From Chiloscyllium plagiosum (lineage: Eukaryota): a stretch of DNA of 51,918 bases. Shown piece after piece: positions 24,421-35,689 of this stretch. Within the stretch, counting starts at the first letter, position 1; the number at the start of each line of letters is the position of its first letter. The translations under genes and the position numbers were made by a program. The notes under the pieces are model-generated. The model saw only the letters and a program-made list of their open reading frames with translations. It did no database searches and was not told where the DNA came from. The stretch covers positions 31,997,982 to 32,049,899 of the forward strand of contig NC_057719.1 in assembly GCF_004010195.1 (NCBI RefSeq). The letters are read 5' to 3'.

Positions 24421-25323
24421 TGAGCTCACCTTCTCCTGAAAGGCATGACTCACACAGCACAGCGATGTAACACCAGAGATCCCAGGCTATGGCCGCAGCA
24501 TGATGTTCAGGTCTGTCATTGTTGGGCTTGTCCACAAGGGAGCTGATGTTCCAAATCCAGAAATCCATTTTGGTGGGTGAGGAAAGTTGCAGTGGAAGGT
24601 GCTTGGGTGTGGATTCTTTTAATATGCCGTGGTCACTGCACACCAATGGTCCCAACGGAATGAGGTCTCCTCCCTATGGTAGGGAAAATCCTAGATGAAT
24701 GGAAGCCAGGCACTATTGCAGGTTAGGAAGGTAACAAATACTCATCTTCCACCAATCATTGCCAATCACTACTATGATAGAGTAGGAGGTAAAGCCCATA
24801 GTGATGGTAACCAGCCAAGGTAGGTATCAGTACGGGGGTGAATAGTAATAGAGGTGTGGAACCAATTTGGGTAGGAAACAGGAATGAAAGAAATCACATA
24901 TGGTAATTGTCTATAGGCCTTTGAAGAATGACTTTACTGTAGTATAAAGAATAAATTGGGAAATAATGGAGGCTTGTAAGAAGGGCAAGACAATTGTCAT
25001 GGGTTACTTTAATCTGCATATTGACTGGACAAATCAGATGGGTAAGGGTAAAAAAGAATTTATAGAGGACATCAGGGATTGTTTCTTAGAACAGTATGCT
25101 GCAGAATCACCAGAAATGGGCTATTTTATATCTGGTGCTGCGTAATGAGATAGGATTAATAAGATTACTTATAGTTAACATTGACAAGGAAGTAGCAATT
25201 ACAACCTGGTAGGATTTCATGTTCAGTTTGAGGTAGAGCAACTTGGGTCTCAAACCAATATAGTCAACTAAATTAAGGATAATTATAGAGAGATGAGGCA
25301 AGAGATGCCTAAATGAGCTGGGA

Positions 25324-25640
25324 AGATTAGATTAGATTACTTACAGTGTGGAAACAAGCCCTTCGGCCCAACAAGTCCACACCGACCCGCCGAAGCGCAA
25401 CCCACCCATACCCCTACATTTACCCCTTTAACCTAACACTACAGGCAATTTAGCATGGCCAATTCACCTGACCCGCACATCTTTGGACTGTGGGAGGAAA
25501 CCGGAGCACCCGAAGGAAACCCACGCAGACACGGGGAGAATGTGCAAACTCCACACAGTCAGTCGCCTGAGGCAGGAATTGAACCCGGGTCTCTAGCGCT
25601 GTGAGGCAGCAGTGCTAACCACTGTGCCACTGTGCTGCCC
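25324..25640 (-). mobile_element. HE1-type V-SINE (young, well preserved)
   Basis: The minus strand has A box gtggcacagtgg, B box ggttcaattcc, the V core and an (aatct)n tail; many CpGs are retained. Confidence 0.95.
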
Positions 25641-25777
25641 ACTTAGACAGAGGTAAATCAGTGGATATATTTCATAATGCTTGGTAAAACTTTACTGTAG
25701 ACTAAAAGAAGGAGTTGATGAGAAGGAAGAATCACCCATGGTTAACAAAGGTATTCAAAGAGAATATCCACTCATGG

Positions 25778-28700
25778 TGGAGAGGGGCCAGCAAGAGGTC
25801 ATTGCCCACATTGGAACCAACGATATAGGAAGGGAAAAGGTTGAGATTTTGAAGGGAGATTACAGAGAGTTAGGCAGAAATTTAAAAAGGAGGTCCTCAA
25901 GGGTAGTAATATCTGGATTACTCCCAGTGCTATGAGCTAGTGAGGGCAGGAATAGGAGGATAGAGCAGATGAATGCATGGCTGAGGAGCTGGTGTATGGA
26001 ATAAGGATTCACATTTTTGGATCATTGGAATCTCTTTTGGGGTAGAAGTGACTTGTACAAGAAGGACAGATTGCACCTAAATTGGAAGGGGATTAATATA
26101 CTGGCAGGGAAATTTGCAAGAACTGCTTGGGAGGATTTAAACTCGTAAGGTGGGGGGGAGGCGGTGGGACCCAGGGAGATAGTGAGGAAAGAGATCAATC
26201 TGAGACTGGTGCAGTTGAGAACAGAAGTGACTCAAACAGTCAGGGCAGGCAGGGACAAGGTAGGACTAATAAATTAAACTGTATTTACTTCTATGCAAGG
26301 GGCCTAACAGGGAAGGCAGATGAACTCAGGGCATGGTTAGGAACATGGGACTGGGATATCATAGCAATTACAGAAACCGGGCAGGACTGGCAGCTTAATG
26401 TTTCAGGATAAAAATGCCACAGGAAGGATAGAAAGGGAGGCAAGAGAGGAGGGGGAGTGGCATTTTTGATAAGGGTTAGCATTACAGCTGTGCTGAGGGA
26501 GGATATTCCCGGAAATACATCCAGGGAAGTTATTTGGGTGGAACTGAGAAATAAGAAAGGGATGATCACCTTATTGAGACCCCCTAATAGTCAGAGGGAA
26601 ATTGAGACACAAACTTGTAAGGAGATCTCAGTTATCTGTAAGAATAATAGGGTAGTTATGGTAGGGAATTTTAACTTTCCAAACATCAACTGGGATAGTG
26701 TTAAGGGTTTAGATGGAGAGGAATTTCGTCAGTGCGTACAAGACATTTTTCTGATTCAATATGTGGATGTACCTACTAGAGAAGGTGCAAAGCTTGACCT
26801 ACTCTTGGGAAATAAGGCAGGGTAGGTGTTTGAAGTGTCAGTGGGGGAGCACTTTGGGGCCAGCGATCATAATTCTATTCGTTTTAAACTTGTGATGGAA
26901 AAAGATAGACCAGATCTAAAAGTTGAAATTCTAAATTGGAGAAAGGCCAATTTTGACGGTATTAGGCAAGAACTTTTGAAAGCTGATTGGAGACAGATGT
27001 TCGCAGGTATAGGGACGGCTGGAAAATGGGAAGCCTTCAGAAATGAGATAACAAGAATCCAGAGAAAGTATATACCTGTCAGGGTTAAAGGGAAGGCTGG
27101 TAGGTATAGAGAATACTGGATGATTAAAGAAATTGAGGGTTTGGTTAAGAAAAAGAAGGAAGCATATGTCAGGTATAGACAGGATAGATTGAGTGAATTC
27201 TTAGAGTATAAAGGAAGTAGGAGTATACCTAAGAGGGAAATCAGGAGGGCAAAAAGGGGACATGAGATAGCTTTGGCAAATAGAATTAAGGAGAATCCAA
27301 AGGGCTTTTACAAATATATTAAGGACAAAAGGGTAACTAGGGAGAGAATGGGGCCCCTCAAAGATCAGCAAGGAGGCCTTTGTGTGGAGCCACAGAAAAT
27401 GGGGAGATGCTAACTGAATATTTTGCATCAGTATTTACTGTGGAAAAGGATATGGAAGATATAGACTGTGGGGAAATAGATGGTGACATCTTGCAAAATG
27501 TCCAGATTACAGAGGAGGAAGTGCTGGATGTCTTGAAACGGTTAAAGGTGGATCAATCCCTGGGACCTGATCAGGTGTACCTTAGAACTCTGTGGGAAAC
27601 TAGAGAAGTGATTGCTGGGCCTCTTGCTGAGATACTTGTATCATCGATAGTCACAGGTGAGGTGCTGGAAGACTGGAAGTTGGCAAACGTGGTGCCACTG
27701 TTTAAGAAGGGTGGTAAGGGCAAGCCAGGGAACTATAGACCAATGAGCCTGACCTCAGTGGTGGGCAAGTTGTTGGANNNNNNNNNNNNNNNNNNNNNNN
27801 NNNNNNNNNNNNNNNNNNNNNNNNNNNNNNNNNNNNNNNNNNNNNNNNNNNNNNNNNNNNNNNNNNNNNNNNNNNNGGTGCTGGGCCCTCTACTTTTTGT
27901 CATTTACATAAATGTTTTGGATACGATCATAAGAGGTACAGTTAGTAAGTTTGCAGATGACACCAAAATTGGAGGTGTGGTGGACAATGAAGAAGGTTTC
28001 CTCAGATTACAACAGGATCTGGACCAGATGGGCCAATGGGCTGAGAAGTGGCAGATGGAGTTTAATTCAGATAAATGTGAGGTGCTGCATTTTGGGAAAG
28101 CAAATCTTAGCAGGACTTATACACTTAATGGTAAGGTCCTAGGGAGTGTTGCTGAACAAAGAGACCTTGGAGTGCAGGTTCATAGCTCCTTGAAAGTGGA
28201 GTCACAGGTAGATAGGATAGTGAAGAAGGTCAGAGTATTGAAGCAGGGGTTGGGAGGTCATGTTGCAGCTGTCCAGGACATTGGTTAGGCCACTGTTGGA
28301 ATATTGCATGCAATTCTGGTCTCCTTCCTATTGGAAAGATGTTATGAAACTTGAAAGGGTTCAGAAAAGATTTACAAGAGTTTTGTCAGGGTTGGAGGAT
28401 TTGAGCTATAGGGAGAGGCTGACCAGGCTGGAGCTGTTTTCCCTGGAGCGTTGGAGGCTGAGGGGTGACCTTATAGAGGTTTACAAAATTGAGGGGCATG
28501 GATAGGATAAATAGACAAAGTCTTTTCCATGAGGTCGGGGAGTCCAGAACTAGAGGGCATAGGTTTAGTGTGAGTGGGGAAAGATATAAAAGAGACCTAA
28601 GGGGCAACTTTATTATGCAGAGGGTGGTACGTGTATGGAATGAGCTGCCAGAGGAAGTGGTGGAGGCTGGTACAATTGCAACATTTAAGAGGCATTTGGA

Positions 28701-28848
28701 TGGGTATATGTGTAGGAAGGGTTTGGAGGGATATGGGCCGGGTGCTGGCAGGTGGGACTAGATTGGGTTGGGATATCTGGTCGGCATGGTCAGGTTGGAC
28801 TGAAGGGTCTGTTTCCATGCTGTACATCTCTATGACTCTATGACTCTA
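25778..28848 (+). mobile_element. CR1 LINE truncated within the ORF1 esterase; ORF2 APE-RT decayed; contains an N-gap
   Basis: HIGTND, DRLHLN; CIYFYARGL...AITET; GNFNFP; SDHNS; FADDTK; tail (ctatgact)n. Confidence 0.96.
27778..27876. other. Assembly gap (N run)
   Basis: Ns. Confidence 1.
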
Positions 28849-29089
28849 AATCAAAAGAGATAGTGCTCAAACTGCTCATTTAACAGGCATTACACTATGA
28901 AAACGATAGGCTGGGAAATCTGTCATGGAGCAGTTTGACTGTTTTCAGTACTTCAAGTGGTAGGACTGCATCACAAAATATGTCGTCCTCAGTACGACTG
29001 AGGTGCCTAGCATTGACTGCATTCTTTTCTAACACTAGATGAAATGGATAGCATATGAGTTGTGCATGAAGGATTTCAGAATGCTAAAA

Positions 29090-29285
29090 CTTAGCAGGAC
29101 TTATACACTTAATGGTAAGGTCCTAGGGAGTGTTGCTGAACAAAGAGACCTTGGAGTGCAGGTTCATAGCTCCTTGAAAGTGGAGTCACAGGTAGATAGG
29201 ATAGTGAAGAAGGTCAGAGTATTGAAGCAGGGGTTGGGAGGTCATGTTGCAGCTGTCCAGGACATTGGTTAGGCCACTGTTGGAA
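29090..29285 (+). repeat. 196-bp local duplicate of CR1 segment 28106-28301
   Basis: Identical by eye, including the same internal deletion (gtgaagaagg|tcagagtatt). Confidence 0.93.
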
Positions 29286-30335
29286 CCTGCAAACTTAAAA
29301 ACTGTCCCTTATAGAACACAGTGCTCCAGAAATTAAGTTAAGGTGCCCCTCACAAATATTTCAAGGACCAGTTGAAAAAGCAGCTCTTTTGGACTCCTCG
29401 TGATTGAGACCAGGTGAACTTCATTGACTACGAAGTTCTTGATTGGAGTTGTTAATGTGGGCCAATCGGGAAAGCTGACCAATATAACCAGGAGAGTGGA
29501 GTCCATTATTTCTCCTTCCAACTCTATTTTGATTTAGTCCCTACCCTCCCCTTCACTGTTTTGATCACACAGCATTGCCCTTTGATGTGAAGGGCAGTGT
29601 TTGTCACTGGCCACCCGGGCGTTTTCCTATCTTCCTGGTGGTGGAATTTGAATAAAGATTCATGCACTTTGTGTCTCTCACTGTGTCTCACACCTACATC
29701 CACACATCATTGGTGCTGGGGATAAAATAAGCACTACCGCACTTAGGTGGTAGTGTGGGGTTAAATATGAAAAAAAGAAAAGAAAAAAAATATAACCAGG
29801 AGAGTGGAGTGCATTACTTCTCCCTCCAACTCTATTTTGATTTAGTCCCTATCCTCCCCTTCACTGTTTTGATCACACAGCATTGCCCTTTGATGTGAAG
29901 GGCAGTGTTTGTCACTGGCCACCCGGGTGTTTTCCTATCTTCCTGGTGGTGGAATTTGAATAAAGATTCGTGCACCTTGTGTCTTTCACTGTGTCTCACA
30001 CCTGCACACACACACACCATGGGTGCTGGGGAAAAAAAAATAAGCACTACCGCACTTAGGTGGTAGTGTGGGGATTAAAATAGAAAAGTTAAAAAAAAAT
30101 AAATAAATAAAAAAATAAATTAAAAAAAATAAACACAGTCTAGCTGTCCCTTGATGTGAAGGGCAGTGTTTGTCACTGGCCACCCGGGTGTTTTCCTATA
30201 TTCCTGGTGGTGGAAATTGAATAAAGATTCGTGCACTTTGTGTCTTTCACTGTGTCTCACACCTACACACACACACCATGGGTGCTGGGGAAAAAATAAG
30301 CACTACCACCTAATTGCGGTAGTGCTTATTTTTTC

Positions 30336-30341
30336 NNNNNN
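30336..30341. other. Assembly gap (short N run)
   Basis: Ns. Confidence 1.
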
Positions 30342-30786
30342 TGTCTCACACCTGCACACACACCATGGGTGCTGGGGAAAAAATAAGCACTACCGCGGTT
30401 AGGCGGTAGTGTGGGGGTTAATAGAAATAAAAAAAAAGAAAAAAGAAAATAAAAGAAAAAAAAGAACAGGAGTTCACACAACATTGTCCTTTGATGAGAA
30501 GGGCACTGCTTGTCACTGGCCACTCGGGTGTTTGCCTATCTTAAAAAAAATATAACCAGGAGAGTGGAGTGCATTACTTCCCCCTTTTGTGAAGGGCACT
30601 GCTTGTCACTGGCCACTCGGGTGTTTTCCTATCTTCCTGGTGGTGGAAATTGAATAAAGATTCATGCACCTTGTGTCTCTCACTGTATCTCACACCTGCA
30701 CGCACACACCATGGGTGCTGGAGAAAAAATAAACACTACCGCAGTTAGGCGGTAGTGTGGGGGTTAAATTTAAAAAGAGAAAAAAG

Positions 30787-30903
30787 ATGGGGATCCAAGA
30801 TGGCGGCGACCCAGTAAGACTGAGTCAATGTTTATATCTGAGAGTTTTGTTTATTTTTGTAAACTTGTAAAAATGTTAAATTTCTAATAAAAATATCTAT
30901 AAA
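30787..30903 (+). mobile_element. Tiny bipartite L1-like retroposon (5' end + 3' end) in an A-tail
   Basis: It starts ggggatCCAAGATGGCGGCG (YY1-type L1 5' motif) and ends AATAAA...poly-A. It is flanked by aaaaagagaaaaaa at 30772-30785 and 30904-30917. Confidence 0.6.
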
Positions 30904-31589
30904 AAAAAGAGAAAAAAAAGAAGAAAAAAAAAATATAACCAGGAGAGTGGAGTGCTTTACTTCCCACTCCAACTCAATTTTGATTTAATCCCTGCCCTCC
31001 CCTTCACTGTTTGATCACACAGCATTGCCTTTTCCTCCTGGTGGTGGAAATTGAATAAAGATTCGTACACCCTATGTCTCTCACCTGCACACACACAACA
31101 TGGGTGCTGGGGAAAAAATAAGCACTACCGCAATTAGGCGATAGTGTGGGGGAAAAAAAAAGGAAAAATCTAGGGTGCTGTGGAAAAAAAAATATAACCA
31201 GGAGAGTGGAGTGCATTACTTCCCCCTCCAACTCTATTTTGATTTAATCCCTGCCCTCCCCTTCACTGTTTGATCACACAGCATTGCCCTTTGATGTGAA
31301 GGGCACTGCTTGTCACTGGCCACTCGGGTGTTTCCTTTCTTCCTGGTGGTGGAAATTTGAATAAAGATTCGTGCACCTTGTGTCTCTCACTGAGTCTCAC
31401 GCCTACACACACAACAAAAAATAACCAGGAGATTAGAACTTCCTCAGTTGAAGACTGACATTGAGTTGTTTGGCCACATCCAGTACACTGTGCATTAGTA
31501 AATAAAGGGTGATTTGGTGCTGGGACCCAGCCTCTGTGCAGTTATTTCAGTCGTGATGGGAGAAAACAGAACATGCCTGAGGAAGATTC

Positions 31590-32110
31590 ATCTTATTTCA
31601 TATGTTTGTGTGATTAAACTCTTCTATGCTTCAGCATGTGCCAGTAGCCATCATTGGTTGAAGAGTTTGTGTTCTGTTCAGAAGTGGCTGTATATGCTTT
31701 CTGTCAAGTCTGTCTGCTTTTTAACGCATCGTATTGAAGGAAATAAAGTGAAAGGTTGGCTTTGCTATACCAGTGTAGATTGGGAAACTGTCTGACAGGG
31801 CTTCATTCTCTTTAAGCTGACCTTTCTGCAGTTCACGGAGTATAGTTAGGAAACTTCAAAAGCATCTCAATCTAGATATTATCTTCAAATGTCTTTGCAA
31901 ATCTTGGCAAGATCTATAAAAGAAACATCCAGGCCCATGTTTAGTTCTCTAGACTTCTCCTGGATTTGACTCAGCACAACATTCATGTCTGTGATCCCCT
32001 GAATCTACATTGACTTCCAGGGAGGCTTTCTTCAGCTATAGTTGGGAAAGTCTTTTTGAAGCATTCTGGCCAGGATTTCCTTGGTAATTATAAGGCAATG
32101 TTTCTGTGAT
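31590..32110 (-). mobile_element. RTE-clade LINE RT fragment (old)
   Basis: The minus strand reads, with frameshifts, KEILARMLQK..IAEESLPGSQCRFRG..TDM..VLSQIQEKSRELNMGLDVSFIDLAK, matching the RTE 'LPESQCGFR...RQLQEKCRE...FIDLTKAF' pattern. Confidence 0.75.
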
Positions 32111-32389
32111 TTCAACAGTCAGACTTGTCTCTCTGGTTTATAGAGGTTATTTTGAGTGATTCTGTTTTTGTCTTTGCTTTGAACGTATGTGAAAATAAAA
32201 ATGTTTAATGTGATAAGTTCAGATAAGAGGGATATCTACAGTAATGCACAATGCTGGTACTCAGTGATTAGTAGAAGCAATGGAAAGTGCTAATCAAAGA
32301 CAAAGTCTTTTTAAGGAAAGAAGATGATTCAACAAGTTTTATGTTAATGACTCAAATGTTCAAATTATGGAAATTATTGATAATTCTGG

Positions 32390-33031
32390 CATCCAAGTTC
32401 AGCAGACAGTAGGGAAAGCAAGTAGAATGTTGGCCTTGATTTCAAAAGGAATGGTGTCTAAAAGTAGGGAGGCTTTGCTAAAACTGGACAAAGCACTACT
32501 CGGACCACAGTTGGAATATGGTGAACACTTGTGGATACCTTATCTAAGGAAAGATATACTGGCATTGGAGGAAGTCTGGAGACTAGTTTCACTCTGCTGA
32601 TACCAACAACTGTGTTAGGAGGGTAGTATGTGTAGATTGAGCCTGCACTCATTAGAATATACAAGACTGAGAATTAGCCTTATGAAATACAACAGAGTCT
32701 TTAGGGGACTTGACACTGCAGATGCAGAAAGGTTGTTTCCCCTTCTGGCAGAAAAAGAGGACGTGATCTCACATATTTGAGACAGAGATGAGGAGGACTT
32801 TCTTCTGTCAGAGGGTTGTGAATCCGTGGAATTCTATACTACAGAGGGCTGTAGTGGTAAGGTTGTAACATTTATTCAAAGTTGAGATTGACAGACAGAT
32901 TTGTAATCAGTAAGGGGATCAAGGGTTATGGGGTAATGGCAGGAAAGTGGAGTTCAGGATTCAGACCAGCCATGATCTTATTTACCGGCAGAGCAGACTC
33001 AATGGGCTGAATGACCTATGTCTTATGGTCT
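32390..33031 (+). mobile_element. Old CR1 3' fragment
   Basis: QVQQTVGKASRMLALISKG...PQLEY...WIPYLRKDILALE; tail gggctgaatgacctatgtcttatggtct. Confidence 0.85.
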
Positions 33032-33124
33032 TGTGTGTGTTACAATGAAGCATAATCTGAGACCAGGAGTCATAATTGTTACCTTGAAGGCATTTCTCAT
33101 ATGTTCCCGTCAGTCATTGGTGTA

Positions 33125-33265
33125 AACATATGAACTTACAAATTTGGGACAGGAGTAGGCCATTCAGTTCCTTGAGTTTGCTCTGGCACTTGATAAGATC
33201 CTGGACAACCTGATTGTGGCCTCCAGTTTCTGGTCTACACCTGTGCCCTTTGATTCCCTTGTGCA
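33125..33265 (-). mobile_element. CR1 3' tail fragment
   Basis: caggagtaggccattcag...ttgataagatc is the antisense of a CR1 tail. Confidence 0.6.
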
Positions 33266-34529
33266 CAAAACATGGAGAAGAATCAGTTCACTATGCAACC
33301 ATGAGGAGTGGAAAAATCTCTCTCTCATTAATTTTAATTACCTCCACCTTTTTACAAGATGAAAAGTTTGAATAATAAAAGAACCCCTCTGCTATCACTG
33401 GGATTACCCTAAAATAAAGGTGTTACGTGTTGTGAACAGTACACTTCGAATATTGAGCAGGATATATAATGCTCAGTTCTGACGTCAAGAACTACAAAAG
33501 CCATACTTCAATTCACTTGACTTTCTAATTGAAAGGACTGGTACAAATGCCAGAAAATAACAGGCTACTTTAAAAAAATACATTACATTATTCTTCCATT
33601 ATCTAACTGTGAAGGAACAACTGTAGACACCTTGTGAATCAATAGCCTCTCTTATCATAAAGTGCTCTATCACTTTGTGTTCTCATGAGCTTGCTATATC
33701 ACGTTCTTGAAAGCATACATTCATGTTAATCTGCAGGAAATTACTAGCATCAGTACTTCAGCTCACATCCAAAAGGTGTCTGGAACAGCTTCTCGCATCA
33801 GAGAAGTTTGAATTACAGACCATGTTACAATTTCAAGTTGAGCTGACGACTACCACCGATCTGGAACTTTCTATTTTCCCTGTTTCATTAAATTGTCAGT
33901 AAGACTCAATCATCCTGCTCCTCTGTTAAAGATAAATTTGTTGCAAAAAACAAGATTGTAGTCAAAGGTATTGCCGCAACCTTTGAGTTTGCTGCACTCT
34001 CACCACACACACATTTATATGTTATTGAAAATTAAAGAGTTATTGGCCTAGCTTTTACTGCAATGGAGAATCTAGTTTTGGTGCTAGTAAGTTCAACTTT
34101 TTCCCTGTAACCTTTTCCTCAAAGTAAGTTGTTGCAATAGTGAGTCAATAACAGTGCAGTAATGGTGTTGTGGATCTCAGTGAATGATGCATTGTTTAGT
34201 CTATCTCTGAAACCAATTAGATCTCAGGATTGAGAAAGAAACAGAGTAATATTGGACAAAGAAATAGTAGAACTTAATATCAAATCAGATACAGAAGAAG
34301 GATGACAGGGAGAGAACTGAGATTGGAGAGAAGAAAAGGATTAAGGAAAGTTAAGAAAAACCTTGTCAATTTTAACTTTTCTGATTTTCTCTAACCAAAC
34401 TTTATTATCTGCAGCAATGAGACTTTGCCATTTAAATGGTTACTTTTCCGAACCAGAAGGATGTTTGGTATTGTAGGAGCATCGCCTCAATAAAAATAAC
34501 TTACTTTAAATAGTATGTCAAACTTTTTT

Positions 34530-34830
34530 AAAAACCCAAAAGAATTGCAGGTGCTGGAAATCAGAAACAAAAACAGAAATATTTGATTATCAAAACAATT
34601 TGATTCATGCTATTACAAATTACTGGGCGATCTAATTGAGATAAAAATAGGAATTGCTGGAAAAGCTCAGCAGGTCTAGCAGTATCTATGGAGACAAATC
34701 AGAATTAGTGTTTAGGTAACCCTTCTCCAAGTGGAGTTGTTATGAAGGGTCACTGGACTCTAAACATTAACTCTGATTTCTCTCCACAGATGCTGCCAGA
34801 CCTGAGCTTTTCCAGCAACCTCTGTTTGCA
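34530..34830. mobile_element. Second palindromic Penelope-derived element (same family as 19487-19729)
   Basis: ttgctggaaaagctcagcaggtctagcag... is mirrored by ...atgctgccagacctgagcttttccagcaa. A central gaagggtcactggactctaaacattaactc is a decayed hammerhead. Confidence 0.82.
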
Positions 34831-35689
34831 CTCCTAACATTTTGCTGCATGTTTGATTGATAATTAATGTGCAAATGGAACAATTGATGAAACTCAGGGA
34901 GGTGGTAGCAAAGCTTTTGTAATTACAAGACTTACAATGAAGTGCGGCAAGTCATTTAGCATCCTGTGGCGAGTCACCATTCAGGAGGCATCTCTTCCTT
35001 GTCACCGGTTGTAGAATGATTTAGATGTTAACATCAATAAAGGCTATTTAGCTCACTAACAATTTGGCACCAAATTTGAGCCATTTTGATTTGAAAATAA
35101 TGTGCTTGCTAGGCTGGAATAAAACTGTTGACATCAGTAAGAAAAGATCTAACTGTTTTGTGATGGCGTGACACATTGCATGTTCTGGTTGACAAGAAAG
35201 TTATATTTGGCCCTTAACATATTCAGCAAACGACCTCTATTGAGTTTTCCTTGCCTCCCTGAGGAAGCCTACTTAAAGCCATCTTTGATGAGAGCTAATT
35301 TCAACTTTTTGACATGTCTTACTGCTTCTTCAACTCCCGTGGTTCATTGGACTGAATAGTCTGTGCTGTTGACTTCACCACAGTGTCTATTAAGACTGCT
35401 CTGTTATCAGCCAGCAGGAGATGCATTCAATCAAGTCAACTAATCTATATTAGTTAATCCTGCAGATAAATTTCCTCACTTCTATGCTGCAGTACACTTC
35501 AACCACCCAGAGTGCTGGCAGAGAAATGATGAGAAGCTCTCAATTATAGCAAGTGAATAACGGTGGGTAGCATTTCTAAGACGTGAGCACCAATATTTTC
35601 AGCTTAATAGCAATTAGGTGACACAGAACTGTGGCCTGTTGCAGGAATAGGTATGACAAATTTTGGTGTGACCTTTTGAATTCTGACGT

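Larger units (their letters stand above)
20450..25775 (+). mobile_element. Old CR1 LINE fragmented by nested insertions
   Basis: The ORF1 start AGQVACCS (21285-21310) continues as HICSKCWLLEDLQLRVVELESKL (22398-22466). The APE part VYRP...MGYFNLHIDW...RDCFLEQY lies at 24900-25320. The pieces are colinear across younger inserts; outer bounds are uncertain. Confidence 0.6.
29484..31432 (+). mobile_element. Head-to-tail array (~8 units) of 5'-truncated Tx1-clade LINE 3' ends
   Basis: Units of roughly 85-340 bp, most starting ataaccaggag|agtggagtgc (VECI(I/T)SPSNSILI*, the ORF2 C-terminus). Most have AATAAA, a GCACTACCGC/GCGGTAGTGT hairpin and an A-rich tail. The same 3'UTR follows the longer Tx1-like ORF at 50408-50600. 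Confidence 0.8.
29040..31562 (+). mobile_element. Probable Gypsy-type LTR (with degenerate PBS) split by the Tx1 array and a CR1 duplicate
   Basis: TGAAAT (29040)...ATTTCA (31549) inverted termini; CCAAT and TATA-like motifs (29462-29490); AATAAA at 31501; followed by gtcgtgatggg (PBS-like). It is homologous to 49176-49281 and 50820-50890. Confidence 0.55.

Noticed and set aside
30290..30335. Perfect 18-bp fold-back extending the Tx1 hairpin
   Set aside because: It directly abuts an N-gap within a repeat array and is probably an assembly artefact.
29484..31432. CRISPR-like or satellite interpretation of the array
   Set aside because: Units are long, homologous throughout and polyadenylated, with no unique spacers; the context is eukaryotic.
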